Below, in pieces: positions 24,480-37,902 of a stretch of DNA of 64,000 bases (the stretch's first letter is position 1; each line of letters begins with the position of its first letter). The notes under the pieces are model-generated. The model made no database searches. It was not told the origin of the DNA and saw only the letters and a program-made list of their open reading frames with translations. Location: the NCBI GenBank assembly GCA_032718475.1, contig JAUCBJ010008487.1:38661-102660 (forward strand), given 5' to 3'. Made by a program: the position numbers and the translations under genes. The DNA is from Nemertoderma westbladi. Taxonomy: Eukaryota; Animalia; Xenacoelomorpha.

Positions 24480-24910
24480 GCAGGTTGCACAAAACAGAGA
24501 AGCACTGTGTAAGTATCCAAACACAGCAGGTCTGGATAAATTTTCGACACGCCCGAAATAAATATATTTCAGAATGTCGGTTGGCCAAACTTAATTATTT
24601 TTCTAAACTATCTGAAAAACTTTACTCCACATCTTTAACAAGCAAACAATGGTGGGCTCATTGCAAGCGCTTGATGGGTAAACATGTACAGTTCGAAAAT
24701 CCACCCATTATTTACAAAAATAAAGTTGCAGTGACATCAGCAGAAAAGGCTGAAGCATTTAATTTATATTTTTGTGAACACTTTAATGTTAATGACGCAA
24801 ATTTTATACTGCCGTTAACTACAATGCCCGAGCCACTTTTAACTACAAAGGAATTTTGAGAAGCCGACATTCTAAAAGATATTAAAAATATAAAAGCTGA
24901 TGGTGCCACC
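24480..24910 (+). pseudogene. CR1-group LINE ORF2 linker fragment
   Basis: FRHARNKY...AKLNYF...KQWW...EKAEAFNLYF, the conserved EN-RT linker. Confidence 0.8.
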
Positions 24911-25812
24911 ATCATTTTTTACTGATTTCCCTAACGGCATCCCACGGCATATTAATAAGTGGGATGAGATGTACGGACTTGTGGACACCATAAGCGAACT
25001 GAAGGGTTTAGGATTGGGAGGTAGCAGGACAATGCCTGAACATAGTGACGCTGCCTATGTCAGGCATATGACTGATTGCCTTAAGGAATGGCAAACGGTT
25101 GTTGCGTCATCTCCTCCCTGCATGCCAGAACTGACAATGGACGTACCGAGAGGGATAGGGGGTTGTGAATTGTCTTCACAATTTACCAACATTGGGGAAA
25201 TTGGCGGGTGGCGCCTTAAGGAAACTTTAAAAACGTTTCTAACTAAAGGAGAATGTTATGCCCGTGTTCCAAAATTCAACTCTGTCCCTATTACCCGCGA
25301 TGAACAATTTATACAATCCCGGCTTATAAACTGGACTAATTCGGACATACGTACGAAAATTGAAGAACTAATTGAGGAATTATTTGATATGGATGATAGT
25401 TCTAAAGAACAATATACTCTTCAATTAATTAAATAAGCTAAAACGAAAGACAAATTAATATTATTGTGCAAGAAACTACTGGCATTATAATTCAATTGAT
25501 AAACAATATTAAAGTACTTATTATATAATAACTATGGCTTATTTTATAATTATGTTATCTACATACTGCTACCAGTAACACGAACTTTAATGGATTATGC
25601 AATAAGTGCAAATAAATCGATTATAAAAAATAATCAATTAAACTAAAAAAAATTGAACTTTTTCCCCAGGCAACAAAAAAAAGTACCAATTTAAAAATAA
25701 GATTACGTATTACAATATGGGTATACATATAAGGTTTAACGTCGAGATTCGGTTGTCTTTCTTGGTCCTTGCCCAGGCAGCCAGGATGTTTGATGCAATC
25801 CAATGCGCCATG

Positions 25813-26183
25813 TACGCCGGGTTCATTGTGTCAAGTACAATGCACACATCTCCAACCAGACACTATATAACATTGGAGGTGTCTCATTGGTTCCCCCAAG
25901 CTTGACACTAGAACAAAATCGCCTCCGCTTTGCAGGACATTGCTTTCGCCGTGAGGACCAGCCAGTGCATAATCTTGTACTTTGGCAGCCTCATGGAGTG
26001 AATAAGCATGGTGGACAGCCCATGACTTTCTTGTGACGCATCTTAAAGGACACTGGCCTTGAAGATGCGGATGATCTAGCAAATGTCATGGGTGATAGGG
26101 AGTTGTGGCGGTGCAATTTTGTCGATAAGCCGGCACAGCATTCTTAAAAATGCAGCTGCAATGCAGCATGCCGATCCTAGTAG
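25813..26183 (+). mobile_element. RTE-type LINE, 5'-truncated copy (family A)
   Basis: Near-identical to 40551-40924; ends CCTAGTAG. Confidence 0.9.
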
Positions 26184-26899
26184 GTCCAACAATGCCCCAG
26201 CTGCTGCTGCCCCACCAGTCATGCCAGTCGCCCCCCCCCCCCCCACACCTGGCTGTATCCCATCCAGCAGCCCCCACCCCAGGAGTTGAGAGATGAATTA
26301 TTTTTAAATGTGCAAACAATTATATACTGGTGCTTTGTACCCTGACTCACCCCATGCTCTTTCCTGGTTATTATATGTTGTCTTTTTATAGTATAGATAC
26401 ATTAGATTGATCCATACATCATATGGGTGCGCATGCTCTATCCTTATACAAACCCACATTCTCTATTGATTGGCCTGTTTGCCTTTATCACTCAACCAGT
26501 GTTTATCCTTCTACATTTCCACAGTACTGTGCATCTTTCTGATTGGCTTACATGCATTATGCAATGTTGTATATCATAATAATGCTTCCATTGTATTTAT
26601 ATTAGCTCAAATGTTATTATTGTTGTATAGTGACTGTGGCCGTTATAGTTATGTTACAGTAACTTTGCACCATTGGGATTTCAGAATAATATTGTTATAG
26701 AGTTGAATCTCTTATTAATGTATTATATTATTAATATCAACACATATTTTATATCAATGGTACCACGCTACATATTTAACATTGTTACTAATAGTTTTTC
26801 AAATTTTACTGTATTCATTCGCTGGAGTACTCATCGCTGCTGAATAATTTGTCAGATAGAGGATGGCAACTACTGATTATGTCTCATCCGCGTCATTAG

Positions 26900-27745
26900 A
26901 GTCATTGATGCGCACTCGTCATCTTTAATGGTGTAAACAGACTGGTCAATGGTTACTCTATCGGAATATGCAGGATCGTCTGGCATTTCGATTTCCCTAA
27001 TGGTGGTTTGGCTATCAATACCAGCATCGCTACATTCCCCTCACTTGTGGTATCGCCCTCAATATCCAATAAACCAAACGAACCACCACATTGTGGAGGA
27101 TGACGCCGAATATTCTATATATAATAGAATGACCTCCTTTCATATCCCGGTTGCTGGCCGAAAGGTACTGACATGGTGCGCTGAAAATATTCCTGGCATT
27201 GCGGGAGAGTGGTGAAACACAGTAAAATTATTATTGATGTTGAACCATTTTATCACATTGGCATTGTTACCAATTGCTGCTACCTTTGCGAACTCTTCAG
27301 CGTTGTGGACTTATTGCACTACACGGTTTATTGCCAGTGATACGCCACTTTTAATATTGGTGCTGATGCCGTCCACTGCCCCTTTACCATGATCAGATAC
27401 AGAAAATTCCCAGTTTATATTGATATTATGGCACCTCTCTAGCCAAAGAATTGAGGCAGCTATTATATATCTGTTCTTGAACTGACAATAAGGCCCATCC
27501 GAACAGATGGTGATTTTAGTCACCATTGGGATATTATTAATCATCTTCCCTATTATGGTATCCAAGAAACAGATGATTGTTTCCTTGCCGTGGGCCTTGT
27601 CTTCGGATATTACAATGGTGCTTTCTGTTTCATTTTGCAACCACATTGCTGTTGTAAATATCTTAATCGCCTCCCTATTCCAATGGGCACTATGTGCCTC
27701 ATCCTGGTAATAACAGGGAAAGTTGGTGGCGAAGTCTACCTGCAA
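26900..27745 (-). pseudogene. Sola2-like DDD transposase fragment
   Basis: DFATNF...QDEAHSAHW, SDGPYCQFKN, W.F...HGKGAVDG motif set. Confidence 0.65.
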
Positions 27746-27749
27746 TAAG

Positions 27750-28035
27750 GCGGATGTTGAAACAACCGAAACTTATCAACAACTATCCGCTTGCGTTGAA
27801 ACGTTTGAAGTCTATACGCCAGCGTTTGTTGCGTGATGAGAAGGCCCATATGCAATACAACACCCAACTTCAGACATACTTTGAAAAGGGTTACTCCATG
27901 AGGATGATAAACCCAGAAGTTGTTACTGACAAGACGTACTACCTTCCACATCACGATGAACGACATCCAGATACACTCAAAAAGGTGCACATGGTCAATG
28001 ACTGCACTGCCCTCTTTCAGGGGATGTCCCTTCAG
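27750..28035 (+). pseudogene. BEL/Pao RT N-terminal fragment
   Basis: NNYPLALKRL, YYLPHH...KKVHMVNDC...GMSL (BEL YLPHH...KLRVVFD motif). Confidence 0.8.
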
Positions 28036-28759
28036 GGATGTACAATAATACTAAAACATTATGATTTTAATGTTATTAAATGCATGGTATTATCATGTAA
28101 TAGGCCTACATAGAGTTTCCATATAAACAATGTTATTTCTATAAATGCAATAACTTATTACATCTGAACAAAATTGGTGCGGTTTGTTTTATAATATAAT
28201 AGAGTAAGAATTGTTGAAAACGCTATTTATTAATATTTTAATCATAATGTGAATAATAATGTTAGCATTATGTGAACACCCGTTTAAAACAGTGAAATAA
28301 TCCCACAACGCAATGCTTTTATCTTATTATCTTATTTCTAAGCTGCTAACCTCGTAGGTATAAAAACACCAGTTTCAATTCCAGTTTTGATCCAGTTTCT
28401 GTTCCATTAAGATTCATATACTCCTCAGTAATTAACATAATATTAAGATTGCAAATTGACAGCGAAATGGTATTCCATGAAATAAGTTAAGAAAATTATG
28501 TTATAAATCCTCAAACCCAAACCGACCCACCCTTATGCATAATGCATATTTAAAACACATACACAAATCCACCCCAATTACTCTATTTATGTAATACAAA
28601 TATAATCGTTCTTTATATACCCATGATCACACCATTATATTATACTATTTAATTAAATTTTGAGGTCTATACATTATAATACAGTATATATTATACTTAC
28701 ATGTACTTAGATCCACCAGCGCGCCACTCAACTACAGTAGGAGTGTTTCCATATTGTTT

Positions 28760-29000
28760 GTAACCCTGTTGAGCCCTAACTAATACCATTGGCCAGAGTG
28801 GGAAAATTCTCTCTGTTTCGGAACCAGATTCTGTATTTTTCTAAGATATGATAGTGCACTTCAAGTTCTGCTTTAGATTCTGCTTTAAGAAAAAAATCTA
28901 TGCGGCAACTCGGATCCCATAACGATAACATGAGTAATGTGATCTCTCTTCTTATTATGTTAGCGTATTCAATTCCGCTAACCAGCCCACACAAAGTAGA
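28760..29000 (-). pseudogene. hAT transposase C-terminal (dimerisation) fragment
   Basis: LWDP...FF, AELE, WFRNRENFPTLA resemble the hATC W....FP.LA motif. Confidence 0.4.
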
Positions 29001-31433
29001 CTTTAAGCAATATTGGGAGCACGAGGTTGATTACCAATCAACCTCGTGTCACCCCAATAAAAGGGGCGACAAACCCCAAAGGGAACACACAGCGGGGGTC
29101 AGAGGTTATACCTCCGGGAGGGAGAGAGTGATAGCAGCAGGGGGAAACATTCCCAGAGAGATGGGAGGGCGAGAAGTGAGTTATTAGCCAATGGGGAAGG
29201 CATCCACTGAGTAATGTAATGCGGCCAACCAGTGCAATATATATTACCATTTGTTGTGCCAATTCATTCACTTGGTTAGTCAGTTTTAGTTAGGGCAGAA
29301 CGGGAACTCTTATTACCGTTCACTGCCGTCGTCCATAATTCAGCTTTTACCGGTACATTCACTCATTATCAATTGTGCTTATACTTTATCTTATATTCTA
29401 CATTTTATACATATCGTTTACAACAAAGTCAGAATAACTCTCAACAACCCAGAACTCTTTTCATACACACACGGCGGGGAACGCGTAAATCAGATAACCG
29501 GATAAACCGGGATCCTCGGTGGATCCCGTCACAGTAATAAGATCCAGCAGCTGCCCGATACGATAGTAAAAGACCAACAAACTCTAACTGACAGTCAGCC
29601 AATCATTAGTCGAGAAGGAGAGACGACACCGCCGCGGACCCCGGACGGCGATCTAACGATCCGCGAGGCTGCGACGCGACGGTACCGACCCACGATGCCA
29701 AATCAATCAACTACAGATGATCCGGCAATCCAAACCGAGGGGGGCCATCTACAACGAGCGGACGAGTCGAGAGAGGAGAGAGACGAGTCGACACACAGCG
29801 GCGGTCGACGTGCCGATGTCGCCGGCCAGCCACAGGCCGAGGGCGACGGATGGCCCACCAGAACAGCGACGGTGGGGCCGCCGGTACGACGCCGGACACG
29901 GAGGGATAGAGGAGACGTCAGCGACGAGGACGTCGGGGTCAGCGACCGGCTCCGATGAGCCTACACCGCGACCCGGAAGCAGCTACAAGAAGCCAAAGGA
30001 GGGGCCAAGATAGACCAGGTGAAGCTAGAGAAGCGGCTAGGTGAGTCGAACAAACATTTTGATTACTTAGTGCACTTTGGGCAGGGAGAACTAGCCGATG
30101 AGAGAGCGAGAGGGGGGTTGCCACCGAACTGTTTGAACTGTGGGAATGTAGGGGTATGGAACCTAGCGTTTTATACATAGGGCCATACTTAGTCGATGCC
30201 CGGGGAATCAAATTAGTGGGTTGGAGGAGACCGCAGGAGAGCGAATCCGAGGTTAACCCCGAGGATTCGGTCTCATCGGTCGGAGAAAATTCCGGGAGGC
30301 GGGGGAAAGTTAATAGGACGGGAAGGCGACGAGAGTCCGTCGCGACCGATAAGTCTGCTACATCCTCCGCAAAAGAAAGACGGGTGCGGGAAATAGATCT
30401 GGCGTGCCAGCTCGATCTGGTGGTGCTAGACCAGAGAGAACTAGAGAGACAGTTAGAGGAAGGGAGTGCGTTATTAGAGAAGGAGAAATAACTGGTTAGA
30501 AAGAACAGAGAGAGGGCCGAGAAGGTTGCGAGAAGCTTTAAGGAATGCGAGGAAATAGGGAGGATAGAAAGGAAGGAGCAAGAAGAGCGCGAGGTGGCGA
30601 GTGAGGCGAGAGAGCAGAGCGAATGTGCGAGAGAGCAGAGTGAACGTGTGAGAGAGCAGAGTGAACGTGCGAGAGAGCGGAATGAACGTAAAGAGCGCGA
30701 GGCGAGGGCGGAAGGTGAGCGAAGAGAGCGCGAGGCGAGACCACTCAAGAGGGTTGCGAGAGAGGCGGAATTAGCCGATCAAAGTGCGCGGGAGGATATG
30801 GAGAGAGAGGCAGAGGGGAAGCATGTGCGGTATGATTTGCATGCCCGCCTAAGGGGGCTTATTCAATATCAAGCCAAACAGAAGCGCCGACTGGAACTGG
30901 CGCAGATGGGGCTGTCAGAGAGCGAGGCTGGCTCGAGTATTTACGAGGAGCCGGGAGTTAGGAAAACGTTTGTTAATGCCCCACTTGAGGGACCGCACGA
31001 CAGACGCAGGACTGGTGTGACCGTGCGGGCGGGGGGGGGGGGGGGGGGGGTAATAATAATAATATAGTAGAGGACGTTAATATTAATAGTACCATATTGG
31101 ATAATTCTAACCAAACCTTTATTGCAGGAAATATTTTACCTAATAGTAGTAATTTAAATTTAAATACAAATAATTCAAATAATAGTACTAATTTAAATAA
31201 TCCGAATAATCCTAATTCAAATAATCTAAATCTGAATTTACAAAATAATTCAAATAATATAATTACACAAAATAATTCAAATAATCTTATTTCGAACGAA
31301 CAAAATAATCCCGTTTCTAATTTAGGCGTGCAAAATAATTTAATTGATTTGGAGGATTTAATTGATTTAACAGGTAATACTGGTAATGGTGCTATTAATA
31401 TAAATGCGGCAGGCGCAGACGGCCCGGCAGATG

Positions 31434-31672
31434 AGAGCCTGGTAGGCCACCTAGTCAGTAGGCAGGAAGTGGCGGGGTTTGAGTCAACCCGAGGAGGGCC
31501 TGGTAGGCCACGTAGTCAGTAGGCAGGAAGTGGCGGGGTTGAGTCAACCCGAGGAGGGACTGGTAGGCCACATAGTTAGTAGGCAGGAGGTGGCGCGGTT
31601 AAGTCAACCCAATGAGGGCCTGGTAGGCCACGTAGTTAGTAGGCAGGAAGTGGCGGGCCTGGTAGGCCACAC
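31434..31672 (+). repeat. About 60-bp coding tandem repeat (x4) in BEL gag
   Basis: CCTGGTAGGCCAC recurs at 31438, 31499, 31559, 31619 and 31658. Confidence 0.85.
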
Positions 31673-32840
31673 AGTAGTAGAGGGAGAGGCGGGGGTGAAT
31701 AGACCCAGCCGCAGTAGGGTTAGTGTGTCGACTAGAGAGAGGTGTAGAAGTGAAGTGAGAGATAGTGAAGTAATAGGTGGCGAGTGGGGGGGGGGGGGGG
31801 GGGGGGCTACAGGAGCCCCACAACGAGAGATTAGCGGCGAGAGAAGGGGTCAAAGAGTGTCCCACAGGCATCGGCGGATAATGCACGGGGCGAATTAGGT
31901 GAACCGCAGCACCCGGCGATGGAGAATAGTAGGGGGATTACAAGTATCCCCAGCGGCGTGCGATCGAGCAGAGAGAGACAGGTTGACGTCGCGAGAGGGC
32001 GAGCGATGAGACGTCGAGCCCAATCAGAAGAGGGAAGAAGAACAGTGGAGTTTAACCGGGAGGTCGACGAGAGATCTCATGACCGGGGATACTGCACTAC
32101 AGAGAGAAGAAGGGAAGAGAGTAGAAGAAGTGTCGTCGTGAACGACAGGAGAGCGAGGACGGACAGCGAGCCGTCGGTAGTAGAGATGGAGACGGAGAGT
32201 CAGTGGGGTCGAGCTCCGGGAGATTGCCGTCGTCCCGGGAGACACGACCTGACGAGGCGTATTACGCGTCGAGAGAGGGGTACGGGATGTACCGGTACGA
32301 GGACGAGAGCAGTAGAGGGGGTCGAAGAGAAACTTCCCGACGGGATATACCTACCGATCGAGAATACGGTAGCCGCGGGGAGGATTATTCGAGAAGGTTA
32401 AACTTTGATCCCGAGCGACACATACAGACTGCAGGACATACTGTAGGCCTTACTGCACATACCATAGGCCATGCTGGGAGAGATAATGTAGGCGATAGGA
32501 TAGCGCGAACGACTGGATTAAACCCGGAAGTCGCGGAGTACATACCGGCAGGTAGGCCAGAAGTGGATAGGCCTATACCGGTACCAGCACAGCAGTATGA
32601 CTACAGCATGCAAGGACATAACATATATATCCAGGGGAGGGGAGAATTATTGCGGATAGGTGCATGGGCCCCAATATATTAACATCAAACCAGTACCAAA
32701 CATACCGGTGGGGGGGGGGGGGGGGGGGCAGGGTGACATTCCCCCATCACAATATCAACAATATACCCCAATAGGAACAAGAAATCGAACCCCTTGGACG
32801 AGAATAGATCGTGCGATATCGAAATATGGAGGGGGCCGCT

Positions 32841-33898
32841 GATGATGATGATCGGCTTGCACTAGGGTGCAGTGCCAGCGACCCCAGAAACATAGCGCCT
32901 CCAGATCTTGCGGTCAGCCATACAATTTCCTAATTCATTCCTGTTCTCAAGTCCTGTGTCCTTGAGCAGGCATTTGAGGAAAGTCATTGGCTGTCCACCA
33001 CGTCTATTCTCGCCAGCAGGCTGCCACAGCACAAGGTTGTGTACAGGTTGATCCTGCCTGCGGAAACAGTGCCCAGCAAGCATTAGACGGTGTTTCTGCA
33101 GGGTGATGCTAGGTCTTGGCAATGAGATGTTACCATATTTATATAACACCTCATTGCTTATGTGTGCATCATATGCTATGTTGTGCACCCGGTGAAGCAT
33201 CCTGGTGTATGTGCCATCCAAGGACCTGGTGTTTTCAGCAGTTAGAGCCCAGCATGGGCTGCCATAGAGCAGCACAGGCTCCACTGCTGCACGGAAAAGG
33301 CGTACCTTTAAAGAGCATGAGATGTCAGAGCTCTTCCAGATCCTGGATAGCTTGTGGATGGCGGACCAGGCTTTCCCTTTGCGAATTCGGAGATCTTCAT
33401 CAGACCTCCGAACCCATGATCCAAGGTAGCAGAAGTCGTTCACATGACTTACCAGTCCATCCAGCGATTGAATGTTATCCCAATCAATTTTCTGCTGATC
33501 TGAATCCATGTTTACTGTCAGAATTTTGGTCTTTGTGCTATTCACAAAGAGGCCAACACTAGATGCAGCCTCCTCTAAGCTAGATAGCAGCTTCTGTGCT
33601 CCTTCTAATGTCTCTGACAGTAAACCAAGGTCATCTGCAAAGTCAAGGTCGGTTAGATGTTCTGCTGGGGAACCACGTCTATGGCTACCTGATGGTGGAG
33701 ATATTTCCACCCCATCAGCTTCATGAAGATCGAGTGATGTCCGCAGCACATAGTCCACCGCAATAATGAAGAGGAACGGGGCTAATGTGTCTCCTTGAAG
33801 GACACCCCAGAGAACCTCAAATAGTAGTGGATACAAAGGTCGTGGAACCGTCATATACTGATCTGATTGCATTAATGATCTCATTGATCATCAATGAT
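32841..33898 (-). mobile_element. RTE-type LINE (family B), 5'-truncated, inserted in BEL gag
   Basis: GVLQGDTLAPFLF, LDFADDL, FCYLGS, LLYGS; (ATC)4 tail; possible TSD CGCT at 32837-32840 and 33899-33902. Confidence 0.9.
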
Positions 33899-36099
33899 CG
33901 CTACCCCCGATGATATATCCAACGCAAAGGAAAGCAGGAGATAGGACGAACGGACCGCACCCAACGGGAGAACCTATACAGCATCCATCGAACCCATTGG
34001 AAGCGCAAGCGATGGGAAAGGCTAAATTAATCAATGCCTTAAAGACCAGGATCGAGTTACCACCCATGGAACCGTTTAAATTCGATGGAAGTAGGCCGGA
34101 AGAATACCTACAGTTTCGGCGATGTATAGTAATGAAATATTAACAAAGAATTTGACGCAGGCGGAGTGCCTAAAGTATCTGCAAGTATATACAGGGGGCC
34201 CAGCATACGACATCGTGAGGCAATACCAGGGCATCGAGGGTGGCTTCACGACAGCATGGCGGGCATTAGACAGGGAGTACGGGCACCCGGCCAAGATCAT
34301 CCGGCAGACCCTGAGAGGTATAACATCGGGTGGCATACAGGATAACCCCGTTAGCATAAAGACATTCGCTAACAAAGTCGAGAAGGCGCTAATCGTTGTA
34401 AAGACGCTGGACCCGCCATACGAACTCAACGCGTCTAACAACATCACTACAATTGCGCAGGCACTACCGATCTGGCTGCGCAATATGTGGAGGAAAATCG
34501 CTTTCTCCACTCGAGATAGGAAGGGTGCGGAACTGGGTTTAGAAGAGATGTCGAGCTTCTTAAACTATGAAGCTGAACTAATAACGGACCCAGTCTACAG
34601 CGAGGATAGCCTGGGAAAGGGACCAAAGACCAATTACCACAGGCCGAAACCAGAGCACAACGCGTCGAACGCATTGCCAAAGCTCAGACAGTCACTGCCG
34701 TACGCGGCAACGCAGCGGACTGCCAGTCCACAAGTAGCCCGGGGTAAGACCACATCATGGAGCACATCATGGACCACATCAAAAATAACAACACAAATAA
34801 ACATAACCCCAGCACGCCCAGTAGGCCGAACCCAAACAATAAGAATAGTAGGGACTTTGGTATAAGCATAAGTGCGATATGCAACGCACTTTATAAGGAC
34901 GGCTACAACCCAAAGAGCAAATGCCAACTACATACAAATGCACTTCATCAGACCATGAACTGCAGGTACTGGCAAGCGCTACCCAGGGAAAATCAGGTAG
35001 AATACGCGAGAAGAAATGAAATCTGCTCGCGATGTGTAATGAGTGGACATAGAGCCAATCTATGCAAAGAAACACCAATTAAGTTCGGTCAAAGTAAAGG
35101 TCAGACGATGGCAACGAGCACCGTAGGGGCAAAGAAAAGAGGAACGGTACTACTTCGGGGTGGTACCGGTGCGAGTAATCGGGGAAGGCAATCGATCAGT
35201 GACCACACTAATGCTGATCGACAGTGGAGGATTGAGAACGAGGCCAAGTAGAATGGCGGTAACAACCATCTCCAGCAAAGATGAGGTCCTGGAGATGAGG
35301 ACCGGACGGTGCGCGATAGCAGCAATAGCACCGGCGCGACTACGGGGCGACCATCGACCCCGTCCAGGTGATAGAGTCGATAAATATCAACGCCAGGCGG
35401 CCAACCAACATCGAGGTCGAACAATATAAATTCCTGGACAGTATCGACTTCTCAATCCCAGAGGTGGACGTTAGGAAGGTATCCATTATAGTAGGAATGG
35501 ACTGCCTGACGGCCCACGAGAGAATGCAAACGGTCTTCGGCAAAGACAGGCAGTGTGACCCGGTGGCGATTTTACCACCATTCGGGTGGACGCTAACCGG
35601 CCCAATCAAAACCAATATACCATTCCATGTGTCTGAGAGTTCAGGGTGCATGGTGCCAGGGACTGTTGAAGGGGTAGAAGAGAAACCAGAGACGGGCAAT
35701 AAGGGGAGACTGCTAGAAGTGGAAGCAACACCAAGAGAGTGGGCGGAGGAGAATGGCTTGGATGCAGAAGATTTAGAGACACTGGGTTGGAACAAGGGTC
35801 CCAGCAAGTATCGGTATGGAGATGGAGAGGAGTGGACGGCGAGATGTCCAGAGGACAAACCAGAGGAGTGTCTGGTGGAGTGTCAGGAGGACAATAGTCC
35901 GGAGGAGTGTCCGGAGGAGTGTTCAGAGGAGTGTCCGGAAGAGACGCCGGTCCGGTTGAGAGGCATACCGACAAGGGGGAGGTCGAGTAAGAAGACAAGA
36001 TGGAAAGGGAGAGGATGTGAGAGGATTAGGTCATGGGCAGAGAAGCCCAAGAGTAAAGATAACAAAGGAGCCATGAAAGTAGAAGAAGTGAAGTAGTAG

Positions 36100-37902
36100 A
36101 AGAATCTGAATTGTCAGCAGAGGCAGGGATCACTGGATCTACATTAACAGCTTCCCTGGTTATTGCACCAACGATATTTGGTGCCAGTTCCCAGCTCCCC
36201 TCAGATGGACCCAAATGCAACACCGATGAACCAATGTCATTGCACAAATCAATAAGGGAGGCTGTATAGGGCCTACTCCCAGCTGCGTGAAACACATTCT
36301 GTTGTCCGTGATACCCAGTGACCAAAGCATGTTGTGAAGCGCCGATATGGCGGTGAATGTATAACAGAAGATGCTGCCATTGATTGGATCCAGTCAGAGG
36401 AGATTGCGAAAACAAAGAAGCCACGCAGTAAGCAAGCAGGAGGAAAGAGTTCTCTTACAACAAGTACAAGTTCAAACATGAATCATAAGAATCCTGCTCC
36501 CCAATCTGTGTCAGCCAACACCTGTGCTGACTGCCATGCTTGTTGGGATGATAGGGATGAAAACCATCCTGATTGGGTAATGTGTGAGCGTTGCGATGAA
36601 TGGTACTGTGGAGACTGTGTGCCTCCTGAATTCTATGGCAATGACCAACCTTCTTACTGTTGTCAGTAAAACAACTGAGTAAAACAACTCAACTCATTGT
36701 TGAGGCTATAGAAATTGCCTCAACTCCATAAGTGGAATACCTAGTTTTTTGTGCTTGATACAGAGAATTTGACTCTTAACAGTAGTGGAATACTGTACGA
36801 ATACGTAAGGGAAAGGCATGGGCAGCCTTGAATAGGCTTTCCAGGATTTGGAAGTCACCGAGAATTAATCGGAAACTTAAGGTCCGATTATTTAGAGCAG
36901 CAGTAGTTCCAGTACTCCTCTACGGGAGTCCATGCTGGGCTCTAACTGCTGAGGACACCAAATCTCTGGATGGCACATTCACAAGAATGCTACGCCGGGT
37001 TCATTGTGTCAAGTACAATGCACACATCTCCAACCAGACACTATATAACATTGGAGGTGTCTCATTGGTTCCCCCAAGCTTGACACTAGAACAAAATCGC
37101 CTCCGCTTTGCAGGACATTGCTTTCGCCGTGAGGACCAGCCAGTGCATAATCTTGTACTTTGGCAGCCTCATGGAGTGAATAAGCATGGTGGACAGCCCA
37201 TGACTTTCTTGAGACGCATCTTAAAGGACACTGGCCTTAAAGATGCGGATGATCTAGCAAATGTCATGGGTGATAGGGAGTTGTGGCGGTGCAATTTTGT
37301 TGACAAGCCGGCACAGCATTCTTAAAAATGCAGCTGCAATGCAGCATGCCGATCCTAGTAGTAGTACTAGTAGTGTGCTTGATACACAGTATTCATAAAA
37401 CATCACCAATTCAGGTGTGTTATTAGTTTGTAGATAAAAATGTGCAATAGTTATAATTATATGATTAAGCCTTATTGATCTCTATAATATTGTAAATGTA
37501 TGGTACTTCAGCTATATCTTCAGGTGTAACATATGTAAGAACCTACTTGTCTAGCTATCTACAGATCTAAGTATGTACTGCTTTCTGCTTATTAGATAAT
37601 ACATGAACCGGTACCTTGTCTGCTTGTCTTTACAGAGGAAGATAGCCAACACATAAATCAATAGTCTGTTATCCACTGGAAACTATTGGTTTTGTGTTGG
37701 TTATCTCTTTTTTAAAACAATTACTATAGTTCACTTTACCCCAGGAATAATCGTGAAGAGTAAATGTGAACTATACTACAGTTTATGAAGGGTTTTGATG
37801 GTAGTTCACTAACTATGCTCATATTCATATTGAAATTGTCCTATAAAAGTGTTGAAATTGTCAGAAAACTGCAAAAGTAGTTCACTTTACCCCAGTTTAC
37901 CC
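36100..37902 (+). mobile_element. 3' part of a pogo/Fot1-like (Tc1/mariner) transposon with a C-terminal PHD finger
   Basis: ORF 36334-36669: CADC...DWVMCERCDEWYCGDC...C; terminal TTCACTTTACCCCAGTTTACCC followed by TA, with a subterminal copy near 37730. Confidence 0.5.
36763..37373 (+). mobile_element. RTE-type LINE, 5'-truncated copy (family A) with 39-bp 5' filler
   Basis: Homology to 40362-40924 starts at 36802; (TAG)n tail; TSD TGTGCTTGATACA at 36750-36762 and 37374-37386. Confidence 0.9.

Larger units (their letters stand above)
29047..36096 (+). mobile_element. BEL/Pao LTR retrotransposon, 5' part (LTR, long low-complexity gag N-terminus, gag core, zinc knuckles, protease); 3'-truncated
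   Basis: Candidate LTR 29047 to about 29533-29565 (TGTCAC start, CCAAT, TATATA); EPFKFDGSRPEEYLQF, LKYLQVYTGG, LDREYGHP, LP..LR..W (DUF1759-like); CSRC...GH...C; LIDSG; FGWTLTGP. Confidence 0.85.

Noticed and set aside
29939-30748. 269-aa minus-strand Ser/Leu-rich ORF
   Set aside because: Antisense shadow of the purine-rich coiled-coil region of BEL gag.
36334-36669. Host PHD-finger gene
   Set aside because: Intronless fragment between TE junctions followed by a TIR-like end; fits a transposase C-terminus better.
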